Below, piece by piece: positions 8,723 to 19,900 of a DNA stretch of 64,000 nt (position 1 is the first letter of the stretch; each line of letters begins with the position of its first letter). Below the pieces are notes generated by a model. That model was not told the origin of the DNA and did no database searches. It worked only from the letters and a program-made list of their open reading frames with translations. Source of the stretch: Candidatus Omnitrophota bacterium (GTDB lineage Bacteria; Omnitrophota; Gorgyraeia; S143-82); assembly GCA_015494585.1 (NCBI GenBank), contig WGAY01000064.1:16976-80975 (forward strand), in the 5' to 3' direction. A program made the position numbers and the translations under genes.

Positions 8723-9698
8723 TGTACATCTAGACATAGGTTCTTCATCAGTGAAGGCAATGGTAGGAAGGCGTAAAGGTAGTAAATTTATTGTAGATGC
8801 AGTATCTATTGTAGGCTATGATACAGGCATAGATATATTTAAGAATCTATCTTCTGCGATAAAGGATGTCCTTTGGGAATTAGATATTAGACGGGCTGTC
8901 CTGAATGTCTCAATACCTTCTAGTTATTTTTTATTTAGGTATGCTAGTTTTCCCAATATACCCAAAAGGAAGTTAGAGGCAGTGGTCGTATCTGAGGCAT
9001 CTAGGTACATACCCAGCCGCATAAGAGATGCAATTATAGAAGCTGTTCCATTTGATGAGGGCAATCTTGTAAAGAGGCCGGTTTTGTTGGTGGCAATAGA
9101 TAGAGACGTCCTTATATCGTTTGAGAGGGCGATTTATACTGCTGGTTATAGGGCTAGACTGATAACTTTTGAGGCTGCATTGACCGCCAATTTGGTATCT
9201 CTTGTATATCCTTTAGAAGAGAAGCCTATATGTGTTGTGGATATAGGAAAGAGTTCGACAAATATAATGATATTGGATGAAGATAAGATAAATTTTATCC
9301 GCACGGTTATGATAGGTGGAGTGGATATAGATAACCTTATTAGAGATAGGCTGGATGTAGCAATAGATGTAGCCGAGACGATTAAAAAGGGAGAAAGTGC
9401 GGTTGCTGATGTAGTTACCCTTGCCAATAGGGTCTTGAATCATCTTGCCGATGAGATATATATTTCAGTTGACTATTATGAGAGCCAGTTCGGTGAAATG
9501 CCGGAAAAATTAATATTAACTGGAGGGAGCGCTAATTTAAGGGGGTTATTGGAATTTTTGGCAGATAGGTTGGACTTTGATATTCAGTTGCTTAATTTCC
9601 CTGAAAGCAGGCTCCTATCCTCGGATCCTGAAGTTCATAATTTTATTATTAGCCACTTACAAGAACTTATCCCTGTACTTGGAATGATGACCATATGA
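8712..9698 (+). CDS. pilM: Type IV pilus assembly protein PilM-like (actin-fold ATPase family)
   Basis: 328 aa. N-terminal [13 protein letters not shown] actin-like phosphate-1 motif and overall PilM-like size. No pilNOPQ follows. Confidence 0.55.
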   Translation: MATNVHLDIGSSSVKAMVGRRKGSKFIVDAVSIVGYDTGIDIFKNLSSAIKDVLWELDIRRAVLNVSIPSSYFLFRYASFPNIPKRKLEAVVVSEASRYIPSRIRDAIIEAVPFDEGNLVKRPVLLVAIDRDVLISFERAIYTAGYRARLITFEAALTANLVSLVYPLEEKPICVVDIGKSSTNIMILDEDKINFIRTVMIGGVDIDNLIRDRLDVAIDVAETIKKGESAVADVVTLANRVLNHLADEIYISVDYYESQFGEMPEKLILTGGSANLRGLLEFLADRLDFDIQLLNFPESRLLSSDPEVHNFIISHLQELIPVLGMMTI

Positions 9699-10258
9699 TA
9701 GACAAAGAGAAGATACAAAAAGGAGTTAGGTTAATCCTGGAGGGTATAGGGGAGAACCCCGATAGGGCAGAGTTACTAAAGACCCCTCAACGAGTGGCGG
9801 ATATGTTTGAGGAGATATTCTCAGGTATAGGTGTTGATGCAGCCTCTGTTTTGGATGTTGCCTTGGAGGAACGGCACGACGAAATCGTACTCATAAGGGA
9901 TATATCTTTCCATTCAATGTGTGAACATCACCTCTTGCCGTTTATGGGCAGGATTCATATAGCCTATCTGCCTGGTGGGGGCAGAATTGCTGGTTTGAGT
10001 AAAATAATAAAAGTGGCTGAACTTTTTTCAAAAAGACCTCAATTACAGGAGAGACTTACTACACAGATTGCTGAGAGCATAGAAACCAGATTAAGACCCA
10101 TTGGTGTAATGGTGGTCATAGAGGCAGAGCATTTGTGTATGAGTATGAGGGGCGTAAAGAAACCAGGCTCTTTGGTTATTACCAGCGCAGTAAGGGGCAT
10201 CTTTAGAGAGAATGAAAAAACCCGCAATGAGGTATTGAGCCTTTTAATCAGGAGGTGA
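9695..10258 (+). CDS. folE: GTP cyclohydrolase I
   Basis: 187 aa. Conserved [12 protein letters not shown] zinc/active-site motif and RPQLQERLT segment. Confidence 0.85.
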   Translation: MIDKEKIQKGVRLILEGIGENPDRAELLKTPQRVADMFEEIFSGIGVDAASVLDVALEERHDEIVLIRDISFHSMCEHHLLPFMGRIHIAYLPGGGRIAGLSKIIKVAELFSKRPQLQERLTTQIAESIETRLRPIGVMVVIEAEHLCMSMRGVKKPGSLVITSAVRGIFRENEKTRNEVLSLLIRR

Positions 10259-10262
10259 ATGT

Positions 10263-10820
10263 ATGATAAGTATAATTATAGACGCCTTGGTCTTGATAGT
10301 AGTTATAATGTCCGTATTAAGCACTGTAAAGCGGGGGCTTCTAGTTGGTATATACAATATATTTGCGGTAGTATTTATCCTGCTGTTTACACTACATTTC
10401 TATCCACGTGTTACGGATATTGTAAAGGTTAAGATGCCGGTTTTACCTGTTGGCTTTGGCGATTTTGTTGCCTTTGGATTGTTGTTTACTGGTCTGATGA
10501 TAGTAATACGGCTATTTCGAGAGTTACTGCTATTCTTTCTTGCGGGTAGTCAGGTAAGCCTCTTTGAGAAGTTATTCGGTATAATCTTGGGGTCTATTAC
10601 TGGTATATTAAGTGCCTCTCTTTTTACCTTTTGGATATACCTATCTCCCTGGAAGGGCATGGAGGGTTCGCTTGAAAAGACTAGATTAGCCAAACACATA
10701 TATAGCCTGCCTGCCTATGTATATACCTTGAGTTCTGACTATATTATTCGACCCTATTTGAATAGGGGTTTTGTCCCAAACAAGCTCGTCTACATAAAAG
10801 ACTTAAAAAAGAAGAAGTGA
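10263..10820 (+). CDS. cvpA: CvpA-family membrane protein (colicin V production protein family)
   Basis: 185 aa. Four predicted TM helices; N-terminal IIDALVLIVVIMSVLSTVKRG resembles CvpA. Confidence 0.5.
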   Translation: MISIIIDALVLIVVIMSVLSTVKRGLLVGIYNIFAVVFILLFTLHFYPRVTDIVKVKMPVLPVGFGDFVAFGLLFTGLMIVIRLFRELLLFFLAGSQVSLFEKLFGIILGSITGILSASLFTFWIYLSPWKGMEGSLEKTRLAKHIYSLPAYVYTLSSDYIIRPYLNRGFVPNKLVYIKDLKKKK

Positions 10821-10842
10821 TATATTTTGGGATGAGGGAGCT

Positions 10843-11511
10843 TTGTATATGGATGTAAATGTTGTTTTCTTAGCTACCTCCTGTTTTGGGGCGGGGATGC
10901 TGGCTAGTCTGACGCCCTGTGTCTATCCGGTTATTCCCTTAATAATAGGCTTTATTGGAACCAATGCAAAAAACTGGAAAGAAGTCTTTTTGTATTCGCT
11001 GGGATTTATCCTGGGACTTAGCAGTGTATATACAGGTCTTGGATTATTGGCTGGATTAGCAGGAGTTTTTCTAGGCAGATGGGCTGGTAGTCCTTGGATA
11101 TATTTGTTTATGGCAAGTGTCTGCTTTATTGGGGCATTTCATTATTGGGATATAATTAAACTGCCTTTCCTTAGACTTTCCCAAAAGGTAGAGGAGGAAT
11201 TAGGCTTTATAGAGTCATTGATACTCGGAGCAGGGGCTGGTATTATGGCAACGGCTTGTAGTACTCCTATTGTGCTCACCATATTGTCTTATATAGCCGG
11301 CAAACAGATGGGGCCATTACTAGGTGCCATCCTATTATTTGTGTTTTCCCTGGGTATGGGAAGTATATATCTGTTAATTTCGGTTCTTGTCGGTGCGATG
11401 AAGTCAATACCCAGACCCGGCAACTGGATGAAACTAATTTATTCGCTTTTTGCTTGGCTTTTGTTCTCATTGGGGGTATATTTTACATTTAGGGCAGGGA
11501 GGTTATGGTGA
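10843..11511 (+). CDS. ccdA: Cytochrome c-type biogenesis / disulfide reductase transmembrane protein CcdA (DsbD beta-domain family)
   Basis: Six predicted TM helices. Conserved Cys in TM1 (LTPCVYPVIPL) and TM4 (TACSTPIV), typical of the CcdA/DsbD core. Confidence 0.65.
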   Translation: MYMDVNVVFLATSCFGAGMLASLTPCVYPVIPLIIGFIGTNAKNWKEVFLYSLGFILGLSSVYTGLGLLAGLAGVFLGRWAGSPWIYLFMASVCFIGAFHYWDIIKLPFLRLSQKVEEELGFIESLILGAGAGIMATACSTPIVLTILSYIAGKQMGPLLGAILLFVFSLGMGSIYLLISVLVGAMKSIPRPGNWMKLIYSLFAWLLFSLGVYFTFRAGRLW

Positions 11512-12023
11512 GGTATATAGTATTGATTATATTTTCGGTAATGCTTAGTTTCGGGATATTTCTGCGGCTTGCTTATGGACAGGTCCTGGATGACAGGATA
11601 AAGGCCCCTGAGTTTCGTTTATCTCCTGTCAATGTCCAGACGGTGCAAGATTGTATCATCGGCAAGGCCCTTGAGGACAAGGAATTTACTGTAATATTGT
11701 TCTGGACGACCTGGTGTCCACATTGTGCAAGGGCAATCGTTGATGTTAACGATTATAATAGCCAATATGGAAACAAGGTAAAGTTTTGTGGCGTTGCCTT
11801 AGAGCAGGATGTGGGAAAGGTAAGAAATTACCTTAAGGCCAGGGGGATAACCTTTCCTGTAGGGATAGATAGAGATGGAGTTATTGGATATATGTACGGA
11901 ATTCGTGGTGTACCTACAATAGTTGTTATAGATAAAGATGGATATGTCTTTGACTATGGATTTAGTATCAGGGGTATAATGAATCGAATAATCAGCAAAT
12001 TGGGCCAGACGAAAAATAATTAG
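11505..12023 (+). CDS. TlpA/ResA-like membrane-anchored thioredoxin (thiol:disulfide oxidoreductase)
   Basis: N-terminal anchor and WCPHC active site. Directly follows ccdA with a 7-nt overlap. Confidence 0.65.
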   Translation: MVRYIVLIIFSVMLSFGIFLRLAYGQVLDDRIKAPEFRLSPVNVQTVQDCIIGKALEDKEFTVILFWTTWCPHCARAIVDVNDYNSQYGNKVKFCGVALEQDVGKVRNYLKARGITFPVGIDRDGVIGYMYGIRGVPTIVVIDKDGYVFDYGFSIRGIMNRIISKLGQTKNN

Positions 12024-12036
12024 GTAAATCTAAACT

Positions 12037-13599
12037 ATGCAGTATAAAGTAGAACTTTACGACACAACCTTAAGAGATGGCTCTCAGAGTGAAGGGGTTT
12101 CTTTCTCTGTAGAGGATAAGTTGAGGATTACAAAGAAACTCGATGAGCTTGGTATACATTATATAGAAGGTGGATGGCCTGGCTCTAACCCAAAGGATAT
12201 GGAATATTTTAAAAGGGTTAAAAGCCTGCCTCTCAAATCTACAAAGGTTGTTGCCTTTGGCTCTACACGAAGGGCTGACAATCCTGCTAGTAAAGACAGA
12301 AACCTAAAAGCATTCTTGCAAAGCGGGGTGGAAATAGTAACCATCTTTGGCAAGACCTGGGATCTGCATGTGAAAGACGTATTTAAGATATCCCTGTCTG
12401 AAAATTTGAAGATGATAGAGGATTCTATAAGATACTTGGTCCGCCATGATATCAGGGTTTTTTACGACGCAGAGCACTTTTTCGATGGATACAAGGACAA
12501 TCCTGGTTACGCCCTTGATACCTTGAAAGCCGCTGAAGAAGCCGGGGCCGAGATAATTGTGCTTTGCGATACCAACGGTGGAACCTTACCTTCAGAAGTG
12601 GTTAATATAATAAATGAAGTAAAGGCAAAGCTTTCTGTCCCTATTGGAATACACGCCCACAATGATTGTGGGCTTGCAGTAGCTAATTCCATTGCTGCGG
12701 TTGAATGCGGTGCTATGCAGGTGCAGGGGACGATGAATGGTTATGGCGAACGTTGCGGGAATGCCAATCTTACCACGATTATCGGTGTGCTTGGCGCGAA
12801 GTTAAAGGTCCCTACCATCAAGAAGCGAACCCTGGCCAGACTCACGGAAGTGAGCCATTTCATAGCAGAGGTGGCTAATATGCAGCTGCCCAATAACCAT
12901 CCTTTTGTGGGCAGGAGTGCCTTTGCCCATAAAGGTGGTGTGCACATAAACGCAGTAATGAAAAATCCTCGCACGTATGAACACATCAATCCAGAAGTTG
13001 TGGGTAATGAAAGGCGCATACTGGTCTCTGAATTGGCGGGCAGGTCCTCCTTATCGGTGCGTGCTAAGGAGATGGATATAGAATTAGATAGAAAGTCACC
13101 AGAAGCAGATAAGGTTATGGCCTTGCTCCAGCGTCTGGAGTATGAGGGTTATCATTTTGAGGTGGCAGAGGCATCTTTTAAGGTCTTGCTGCATCGAGAA
13201 GTAAAAAAGAGAACTCCATTTTTTGATTTGCTTGGGTTTAGGGTAATAGTTGAGAAACGTAAAGATGGAGAGATCCTGACAGAGGCCACTGTCAAGATAA
13301 AGGTAAAGGATAAGGTCGAATATACAGTAGCCGAAGGGGATGGTCCGGTTAATGCCCTCGATTTTGCCCTCAGACAGGCCTTGAAAAAATTCTATCCACA
13401 GATAGAAGATATGCACTTGACTGATTTTAAGGTCAGAGTCCTTGACGGTAGTGAAGGAACGGCTGCAAAGGTCAGGGTCTTGATACAGTCTCAGGATAGC
13501 AAAGAATCTTGGACAACTATAGGTGTTTCAGAGAATATCATAGAGGCATCTTGGCAGGCCTTGATCGATAGTGTTGAATATAAACTTATTAAAGGGTAA
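12037..13599 (+). CDS. Citramalate synthase / 2-isopropylmalate synthase family (LeuA/CimA, with C-terminal regulatory domain)
   Basis: 520 aa. [24 protein letters not shown] metallolyase start, HAHND and HxH motifs, C-terminal LeuA-dimer domain. The size fits CimA better than LeuA. Confidence 0.75.
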   Translation: MQYKVELYDTTLRDGSQSEGVSFSVEDKLRITKKLDELGIHYIEGGWPGSNPKDMEYFKRVKSLPLKSTKVVAFGSTRRADNPASKDRNLKAFLQSGVEIVTIFGKTWDLHVKDVFKISLSENLKMIEDSIRYLVRHDIRVFYDAEHFFDGYKDNPGYALDTLKAAEEAGAEIIVLCDTNGGTLPSEVVNIINEVKAKLSVPIGIHAHNDCGLAVANSIAAVECGAMQVQGTMNGYGERCGNANLTTIIGVLGAKLKVPTIKKRTLARLTEVSHFIAEVANMQLPNNHPFVGRSAFAHKGGVHINAVMKNPRTYEHINPEVVGNERRILVSELAGRSSLSVRAKEMDIELDRKSPEADKVMALLQRLEYEGYHFEVAEASFKVLLHREVKKRTPFFDLLGFRVIVEKRKDGEILTEATVKIKVKDKVEYTVAEGDGPVNALDFALRQALKKFYPQIEDMHLTDFKVRVLDGSEGTAAKVRVLIQSQDSKESWTTIGVSENIIEASWQALIDSVEYKLIKG

Positions 13600-13620
13600 T
13601 TTCCTACTTATATTTTTTTC

Positions 13621-13648
13621 TTGACATGCCTTGCTTTGCCTTATAAAA
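13621..13648 (+). promoter_or_regulatory. Putative sigma70-type promoter for tRNA-Thr/rpmG/tRNA-Trp/secE/nusG
   Basis: TTGACA at 13621-13626, then a 15-16 nt spacer and TATAAA/ATAAAA about 30 nt upstream of the tRNA-Thr 5' end. Confidence 0.4.
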
Positions 13649-13678
13649 TCAAGGCTTATCCGTGCCGGGATTTATTGT

Positions 13679-13751
13679 GCCCACGTAGCTCAGTAGGCAG
13701 AGCACATCCTTGGTAAGGATGAGGTCACCGGTTCAAATCCGGTCGTGGGCT
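13679..13751 (+). tRNA. tRNA-Thr (anticodon GGT)
   Basis: Cloverleaf read by eye. 7-bp acceptor stem GCCCACG/CGTGGGC, D-arm AGCTCAGTAGGCAGAGC, anticodon loop TTGGTAA, T-arm GGTTCAAATCC, discriminator T. Confidence 0.9.
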
Positions 13752-13774
13752 TGAACAAGAAAGGGTAGTTAGGT

Positions 13775-13930
13775 ATGAGAGAGCCGATTTCTTTGGAATG
13801 TACTGAATGCAAAAACCGGAATTATCATTATATGAAGAATAAGCGTACTAATACGGAGCGGTTGGAGCTACGCAAATATTGTAAGTATTGCCGTAAACAT
13901 ACGGTACACAGAGAGGTGAAGAAAAAATAG
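13775..13930 (+). CDS. rpmG: 50S ribosomal protein L33 (Zn-ribbon form)
   Basis: 51-aa [54 protein letters not shown] with CxxC...CxxC. Not in the ORF track because it is under 60 aa. Confidence 0.85.
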   Translation: MREPISLECTECKNRNYHYMKNKRTNTERLELRKYCKYCRKHTVHREVKKK

Positions 13931-14002
13931 GCCTGTAGCTCTAACTGGCAGAGCGGCGGTCTCCAAAACCGCGGGTTGGGGGTTCGAATCCCTCCAGGCC
14001 TG
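13929..14002 (+). tRNA. tRNA-Trp (anticodon CCA)
   Basis: Acceptor AGGCCTG/CAGGCCT, anticodon loop CTCCAAA, T-arm GGTTCGAATCC. The 5' end overlaps the rpmG stop codon. Confidence 0.88.
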
Positions 14003-14021
14003 GTAAAGAAACGGCTGGATT

Positions 14022-14207
14022 ATGGTAGGAAAGGTAAGGGATTTTATAGGAGCAGTAAGGGCAGAGTTCAAGCGGGTTTCATGGCCGTCTCGCAGGCAGC
14101 TCCTGGTTTCATCGTCCCTGGTCTTGTTTGTGACATTTTTGTTAGCGGCCTATTTGGGAATAGTCGATTATATTATATTAAAGGTAATTAATTTTATGTT
14201 GAGGTAG
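14022..14207 (+). CDS. secE: Preprotein translocase subunit SecE
   Basis: 61 aa with a single C-terminal TM helix; conserved position between tRNA-Trp and nusG. Confidence 0.8.
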   Translation: MVGKVRDFIGAVRAEFKRVSWPSRRQLLVSSSLVLFVTFLLAAYLGIVDYIILKVINFMLR

Positions 14208-14211
14208 TTTT

Positions 14212-14742
14212 ATGGCAAGACGCTGGTACGTACTGCATACACAAACTGGATCTGAGTATAAGGTTAAGGCCTTGTTGGAACACAGGATAAAGACCTTGGG
14301 TTTGGGAGATAAGGTTTCGAAGGTATTTATCCCTACAGAACAGGTTTCTGAGGTTAAGAAGGGACAGAAGAGGATAACCGAGAGAAAATTTTTCCCAGGA
14401 TATATATTGGTAGAGGTGGATCTAGATGAAGAGACCTGGTATGCAATAAGGAATACCCCTGGAGTTACTGGTTTTATAGGGGCTGGCAATAAGCCGACAC
14501 CTCTTACAGAAAAAGAGGTTAATGAGATTATGCGTCGCAGTGAGGAGGCCCAGGAGAAACCAACGCCTAAGGTTATGTTCTTCCCCGGAGAGGCAGTACG
14601 CGTAGTAGAAGGTCCGTTTCTTAATTTTAGTGGCGTTATAGATGAGGTATATCCAGATAAAGGAAAGGTAAAGGTCTCTGTCGCTATATTTGGAAGGACA
14701 ACGCCAGTGGAGCTAGAGTTTTGGCAGGTAGAAAAGATTTAG
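14212..14742 (+). CDS. nusG: Transcription termination/antitermination factor NusG
   Basis: RWYVLHTQTGSEYKV NGN domain and C-terminal KOW (GEAVRVVEGPF). Confidence 0.9.
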   Translation: MARRWYVLHTQTGSEYKVKALLEHRIKTLGLGDKVSKVFIPTEQVSEVKKGQKRITERKFFPGYILVEVDLDEETWYAIRNTPGVTGFIGAGNKPTPLTEKEVNEIMRRSEEAQEKPTPKVMFFPGEAVRVVEGPFLNFSGVIDEVYPDKGKVKVSVAIFGRTTPVELEFWQVEKI

Positions 14743-14758
14743 TATAAGGAGATAGGTT

Positions 14759-15187
14759 ATGGCAAAGAACGTTGTTGCTCAGATAAAACTTCAGATACCA
14801 GCAGGACAAGCTACACCTGCGCCGCCAGTTGGCCCTGCACTGGGCCAGCATGGAGTCAATATCGGTGCCTTTGTTAAGGATTTTAATGATAAGACCAGGG
14901 ATAAAGAGCCGGGTCTTATTCTTCCTGTAGTCATAAATGTCTATGAAGATCGGAGTTTTGATTTTATTATAAAAAGTCCTCCCACCTCTGTGTTAATAAA
15001 AAAGGCCTGCGCTATAGCAAAGGCCTCTGGCACTGCGGGCAGGGAGACTATTGCCCAGATAACAAGGGACAAAGTAGAAGAGATTGCCAAACAAAAGATG
15101 CAAGATATGAATGCTATGGATCTGGAGGCAGCGGTTAGAATGGTTGAAGGAACGGCAAGGAGCATGGGAATAAAGGTGGTTGATTAG
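14759..15187 (+). CDS. rplK: 50S ribosomal protein L11
   Basis: 142 aa matching the uL11 family; position nusG-rplK-rplA. Confidence 0.95.
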   Translation: MAKNVVAQIKLQIPAGQATPAPPVGPALGQHGVNIGAFVKDFNDKTRDKEPGLILPVVINVYEDRSFDFIIKSPPTSVLIKKACAIAKASGTAGRETIAQITRDKVEEIAKQKMQDMNAMDLEAAVRMVEGTARSMGIKVVD

Positions 15188-15188
15188 T

Positions 15189-15869
15189 ATGAAAAGGAGC
15201 AAAAGATATCAATCCCAATTAGCAGAAATAGACCCCACCAGGGTCTATCCTATTGAAGAGGCTATAAAGGTCTTAAAAGAGGCCCAGCCAAAAGTAAAGT
15301 TTGACGAGACGGTTGAGTTGAGTATTAATCTCAATGTTGACCCGCGCAAACCGGATCAATTAATACGAGGAGCAGTTGTGCTTCCCTATGGTATTGGCAA
15401 GACCGTTAAGGTTGCTGTGATTTGCTCTGGAGAGGCAGAAAAGCAGGCCCAGCAGGCTGGGGCTGATTTTGTTGGAGGTAAGGACTTGATAGATAAGGTT
15501 TCAAAGGGATGGCTTGATTTTGATACCCTTATAGCCACCCCTGATATGATGCGCGAGCTTAGTAAGCTAGGGAGGATTCTTGGGCCAAGAGGCTTAATGC
15601 CTTCTCCCAAGACCGGCACGGTTACTCAGGATGTTGCGAAGGCAGTGAAAGAGGCCAAGGCAGGTCGTGTTGAGTTTAAGACAGATAAACAGGGTTGTAT
15701 AAATGTTGGTGTGGGAAAAATATCTTTCCCTGTTGAACATCTGGTCGAGAATATAAATTACATCATAGAAAGGATAAAAGAGCTCAGGCCGCAGGCTGTA
15801 AAGGGAAATCTTATAAAGGGTGCATACGTCTCTACGTCTATGGGGCCTGGTCTCAAAATTGCTGTGTAA
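15189..15869 (+). CDS. rplA: 50S ribosomal protein L1
   Basis: uL1 family. ATG at 15189 with AAGGTGG RBS; the ORF-track start at 15180 is an upstream TTG. Confidence 0.93.
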   Translation: MKRSKRYQSQLAEIDPTRVYPIEEAIKVLKEAQPKVKFDETVELSINLNVDPRKPDQLIRGAVVLPYGIGKTVKVAVICSGEAEKQAQQAGADFVGGKDLIDKVSKGWLDFDTLIATPDMMRELSKLGRILGPRGLMPSPKTGTVTQDVAKAVKEAKAGRVEFKTDKQGCINVGVGKISFPVEHLVENINYIIERIKELRPQAVKGNLIKGAYVSTSMGPGLKIAV

Positions 15870-15886
15870 ATCAAGGAGATTGGGTT

Positions 15887-16423
15887 ATGTCAGCAGTTGC
15901 AATTGGAAGGTTAGTCCGCGAACAGATTGTGGAAGAAGTTGCCACCTCTCTTCAGGAGAGTAAAGGGGCAGTGGTTGTCAGTTATGCAGGCGTCAGTGCC
16001 AAGTCCTTGAATGATTTTCGTCGCAGGTTAAAGGAAAAAGGCGCCAGAATGCTGGTTGTAAAAAATTCCCTATCGAAGATAGCCGCTGAAAAGGCAGGCA
16101 TTCCTGAACTTTCGGAGTTCTGTACAGGGCAGTCGGCCTTGTTGTTCCCCTGTGAAGATACTATTGAATTTTCTAAGATTGTCTCTGATTTTGCGGCGGA
16201 AAACAAGGATATCGTCGAAATATTCGGCGGAGTTATAGAAGGCAAGCGCCTTTCAAAGGACGATTTAAATGCTATGAGCAAACTGCCTTCGAAGGATTAT
16301 CTATATGGCCAGGTTGTCGGTGCAATTTCAGCTCCTCTATCTGGATTGGTTGGTGCCCTTAGCGGGGTTATCAGGAACCTTATTTATGTAATAAAGGCAA
16401 TAGAGGAAAAACAGTCTAAGTAA
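15887..16423 (+). CDS. rplJ: 50S ribosomal protein L10
   Basis: 178 aa uL10 family, upstream of rplL. Confidence 0.9.
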   Translation: MSAVAIGRLVREQIVEEVATSLQESKGAVVVSYAGVSAKSLNDFRRRLKEKGARMLVVKNSLSKIAAEKAGIPELSEFCTGQSALLFPCEDTIEFSKIVSDFAAENKDIVEIFGGVIEGKRLSKDDLNAMSKLPSKDYLYGQVVGAISAPLSGLVGALSGVIRNLIYVIKAIEEKQSK

Positions 16424-16439
16424 ATGGAGGTGTAAGGAA

Positions 16440-16829
16440 ATGGCAAGTGAGAAGCTTACCCAGATTATTGACGAAATCAGCTCTTTAAGTGTGCTGGAAC
16501 TCTCTGAGTTGGTCAAGGCATTAGAAGACAAGTTTGGTGTTCAAGCAGCGGCTCCTGTTATGGCTATGGCTCCAGGTATGGCCGCAGGTGCTGGTGCAGC
16601 TGCTGCAGAGGAAGAAAAGACCTCCTTTGATGTGGTATTAAAAGAGGTCGGACCTAACAAGATTCAGGTAATAAAGGAGATACGTGCTATAACCAATCTT
16701 GGTTTAAAAGAGGCAAAAGAACTCGTTGATAAGGCTCCGGCAAAGGTAAAAGAAGGTGTCTCAAAGGACGAGGCAGAAGAAATTAAGTCAAAGCTTACCG
16801 CTGCTGGTGCGGTTGTTGAACTGGAATAA
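16440..16829 (+). CDS. rplL: 50S ribosomal protein L7/L12
   Basis: 129 aa; Ala-rich hinge and conserved C-terminal domain ([12 protein letters not shown]). Confidence 0.95.
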   Translation: MASEKLTQIIDEISSLSVLELSELVKALEDKFGVQAAAPVMAMAPGMAAGAGAAAAEEEKTSFDVVLKEVGPNKIQVIKEIRAITNLGLKEAKELVDKAPAKVKEGVSKDEAEEIKSKLTAAGAVVELE

Positions 16830-16836
16830 TCTTAAT

Positions 16837-16880
16837 ACACGGCCCTGTTTTCTATAGCAGGGCTTCGTGTATTTAATTTT
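16837..16880 (+). terminator. rplL-rpoB intergenic hairpin (partial terminator/attenuator)
   Basis: ACACGGCCCTG-N10-CAGGGCTTCGTGT imperfect stem-loop, followed by ATTTAATTTT. Confidence 0.4.
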
Positions 16881-16920
16881 GATATTTGTAGTATTAAAAA
16901 ATAAAAATACCTGGAGGGAT

Positions 16921-19900
16921 ATGAAAAGGATAAGTTTTGGCAAGGTAAAAGAACAGGCAAAGATTCCCTATCTCTTGGATCTTCAAGTCAGTTCTTTTGA
17001 AAACTTCCTACAAATGAACGTCGCCCCGAATAAGAGAAAGAATCAGGGACTGGAGGCGGTCTTTAGAGAGATATTCCCTATAGATGTGCCGGATAAAGGT
17101 GTTAGACTGGAGTATGTTTCTTATACAGTGAGTTTCCCTCGTTATTCTATGGATGAGGCCAAGCGCCGAGGGGTTACCTATTCCGCTCCACTGCGTGTCA
17201 GATTCAGGATTGTTACCGATGAGGAGGCAAGGGAGCAAGATGTCTATATGGGCGAGATCCCGCTAGTAACCCCTAATGCCTCCTATATTATTAATGGGGA
17301 TGAGCGTGTAATAGTGAACCAGCTTCAGCGTTCTCCAGGCGTATTTTTCTTAGAGGAAGAGCATCCCAGTGGCAAGCCAACCTATCTGTCCAGGATTATA
17401 CCCCATAGAGGGGCTTGGCTTGATTTTCACTTCGATTATTCTGAGGCCCTAGTGGTGCAGATAGATAGGCGTAGAACCTTTAACGGAGCGGATATCCTTC
17501 GTATGTTTGGCTATTCTACCAATGACGATATTATCAAGGCATTGGGCGATGATGAACTTATAAAAGGTTTTGAACCTACCCTTAAAAAGAGTCATAATAA
17601 CGATATAGAGTCTGCCTTGCTTGAACTACACCGCAAGATGAGGCCTACGGAACCTTCTACTTTAGAGATAGCTCAGAACCTGTTTCATCGTATGTTTTAC
17701 GACCCCAGGTATTATGACCTGGGTGAGGTTGGTGCCTTTATAGTTAATCGGAAACTGGGGATAAGAGTTCCTTCAGGTAAGCGGGTGCTGACACCGGACA
17801 TCGTCCTTGAATCTGTAAAGTATCTTTTAAGACTTCAGTTGGGCATTTCAGGAACGCCTGATGATATAGACCATCTTGGCAACAGACGGGTCAAACTCAC
17901 TGGAGAGCTCCTCCAGGAACAGGTCAGGATTGCTCTTGTCAGGATGGAGAGGGCAATTAGGGAGAGGATATCTATCCTTTCTGAGGAGGATATTAAGAAA
18001 TTAATGCCCCAGCAGATTATCAATTACAAATTCCTTTATAACCAGATACACGATTTTTATGCCCGCAGTCCGCTTTCTCAGTTTATGGATCAGGTGAATC
18101 CTTTAGCCGAGACGACCCACAAGCGTCGTCTGAGTGCCCTTGGGCCTGGTGGCCTTTCAAGGGAAAGGGCGGGTTTTGAAGTCAGGGATATACATCCCTC
18201 TCACTATGGAAGGATATGTCCGATAGAAACACCAGAAGGTCCTAATATCGGGCTCATCAATTCAATTGCCTGCTATGCAAAGGTCAATAAGCTAGGTTTT
18301 CTTGAAACACCTTATATAAAAGTAGAGAATGGTAAAGTCACAAATAAGATAGAATATCTGACTGCAGATGCCGAAGAGGACAAGATTATCGCTAATGCAA
18401 ATACCCCGATAGATGAAAACGGGCGTCTGGTAGGTCCGCTTGTGTCCTGTCGGCACAAAGGGGATTTCCCTCAGGTTCCGCCTGAGAAGGTGGATTACAT
18501 AGATGTTTCTCCGAAGCAGCTGGTCTCTGTTGCGGCGAGTCTTATTCCATTTTTGGAGCACGATGATGCCAACCGTGCCTTGATGGGGTCAAATATGCAG
18601 AGGCAGGCAGTGCCTCTTATGAAAACCGAGCCGCCTTTGGTTGGTACGGGAATGGAGGCAAAGGTTGCCAGGGATTCTGGTGCGGTTGTCGTTGCGAAAG
18701 AGGCAGGAGAGGTTGTCTATGTCGATGCAAATAGGATTGTTATAAAAGGACGCAGTGGAGAGATAGAATATAGGCTGCACAAATTCGAGCGTTCCAATAC
18801 CAATACCTGTATTAATCAGAAACCAATAGTTATTCCAGGACAGAAGGTAAAGCGAGGCCAGGTAATTGCAGATGGACAGGCAACTGCCGGTGGAGAGCTT
18901 GCCTTAGGTAAAAACGTCTTGGTGGCCTTTATGCCCTGGAGGGGATACAACTTCGAAGACGCAATCGTTATAAGCGAAAATGTTGTAAAAGAAGACACCT
19001 ATACCTCTATCCATATAGACGAGTTTGAGATAGAGGCACGGGAAACCAGACTCGGCAATGAGGAGATAACCCGCGATATTCCAGGTCTTAGTGAAGAGGC
19101 CTTAAAGGACCTGGATGAAAATGGTATTATACGCATCGGTGCTGAGGTTAAACCAGGTACAGTATTGGTGGGCAAGATTACACCCCAGACTGAAAAAGAA
19201 CTATCTCCTGAAGAAAGGCTTTTAAGAGCGATATTCGGGACAAAGGCAGGCGATGTAAAGAACACATCGTTAATTGCCTCTCCTGGTGTAGAGGGTGTAG
19301 TGGTCAGGGTTGAGGTCTTTGAACGCAAGGACCCCAAGAAGAAGACCAAGAAAGACCGCCAGATGGAAAGTGCAAAGATAAAGGAAATAGAGGCCCTTTA
19401 TGAAAAAAAACTAGCGAGCCTTGAAAAGACGAAACAAGAGATGTTACAGGAGATACTGGGAATAAGTGCTAGAAAGGCCAGTGTGATGGACCTGGATGCA
19501 CTTGAAGGCATGAAAATAAATGAGGAAGAATATGAAGAGGCCCGGGAGGTGTTGCTGAATTACGAGGAAAACAAGAGGGCCTTACTTACAGATAAACAAC
19601 TGGAGATAAATCAGGTCAAGTATGGCGATGACCTGAAACCCGGTGTATTAAAGAAGGTCGTTGTCTATGTTGCTACTAAGAGACGGCTTTCAGTTGGTGA
19701 TAAATTAGCAGGCCGACATGGTAATAAGGGTGTTATTGCTACTATTGTCCCTCAAGAAGATATGCCGTTTCTGGCTGATGGTACGCCTGTAGATGTTGTG
19801 TTGAATCCGTTGGGCGTACCTTCTCGTATGAACGTCGGACAAATACTCGAGACCCATCTAGGATGGGCGGCTAAACTTCTTGGACTAAACTTTTCCTGTC

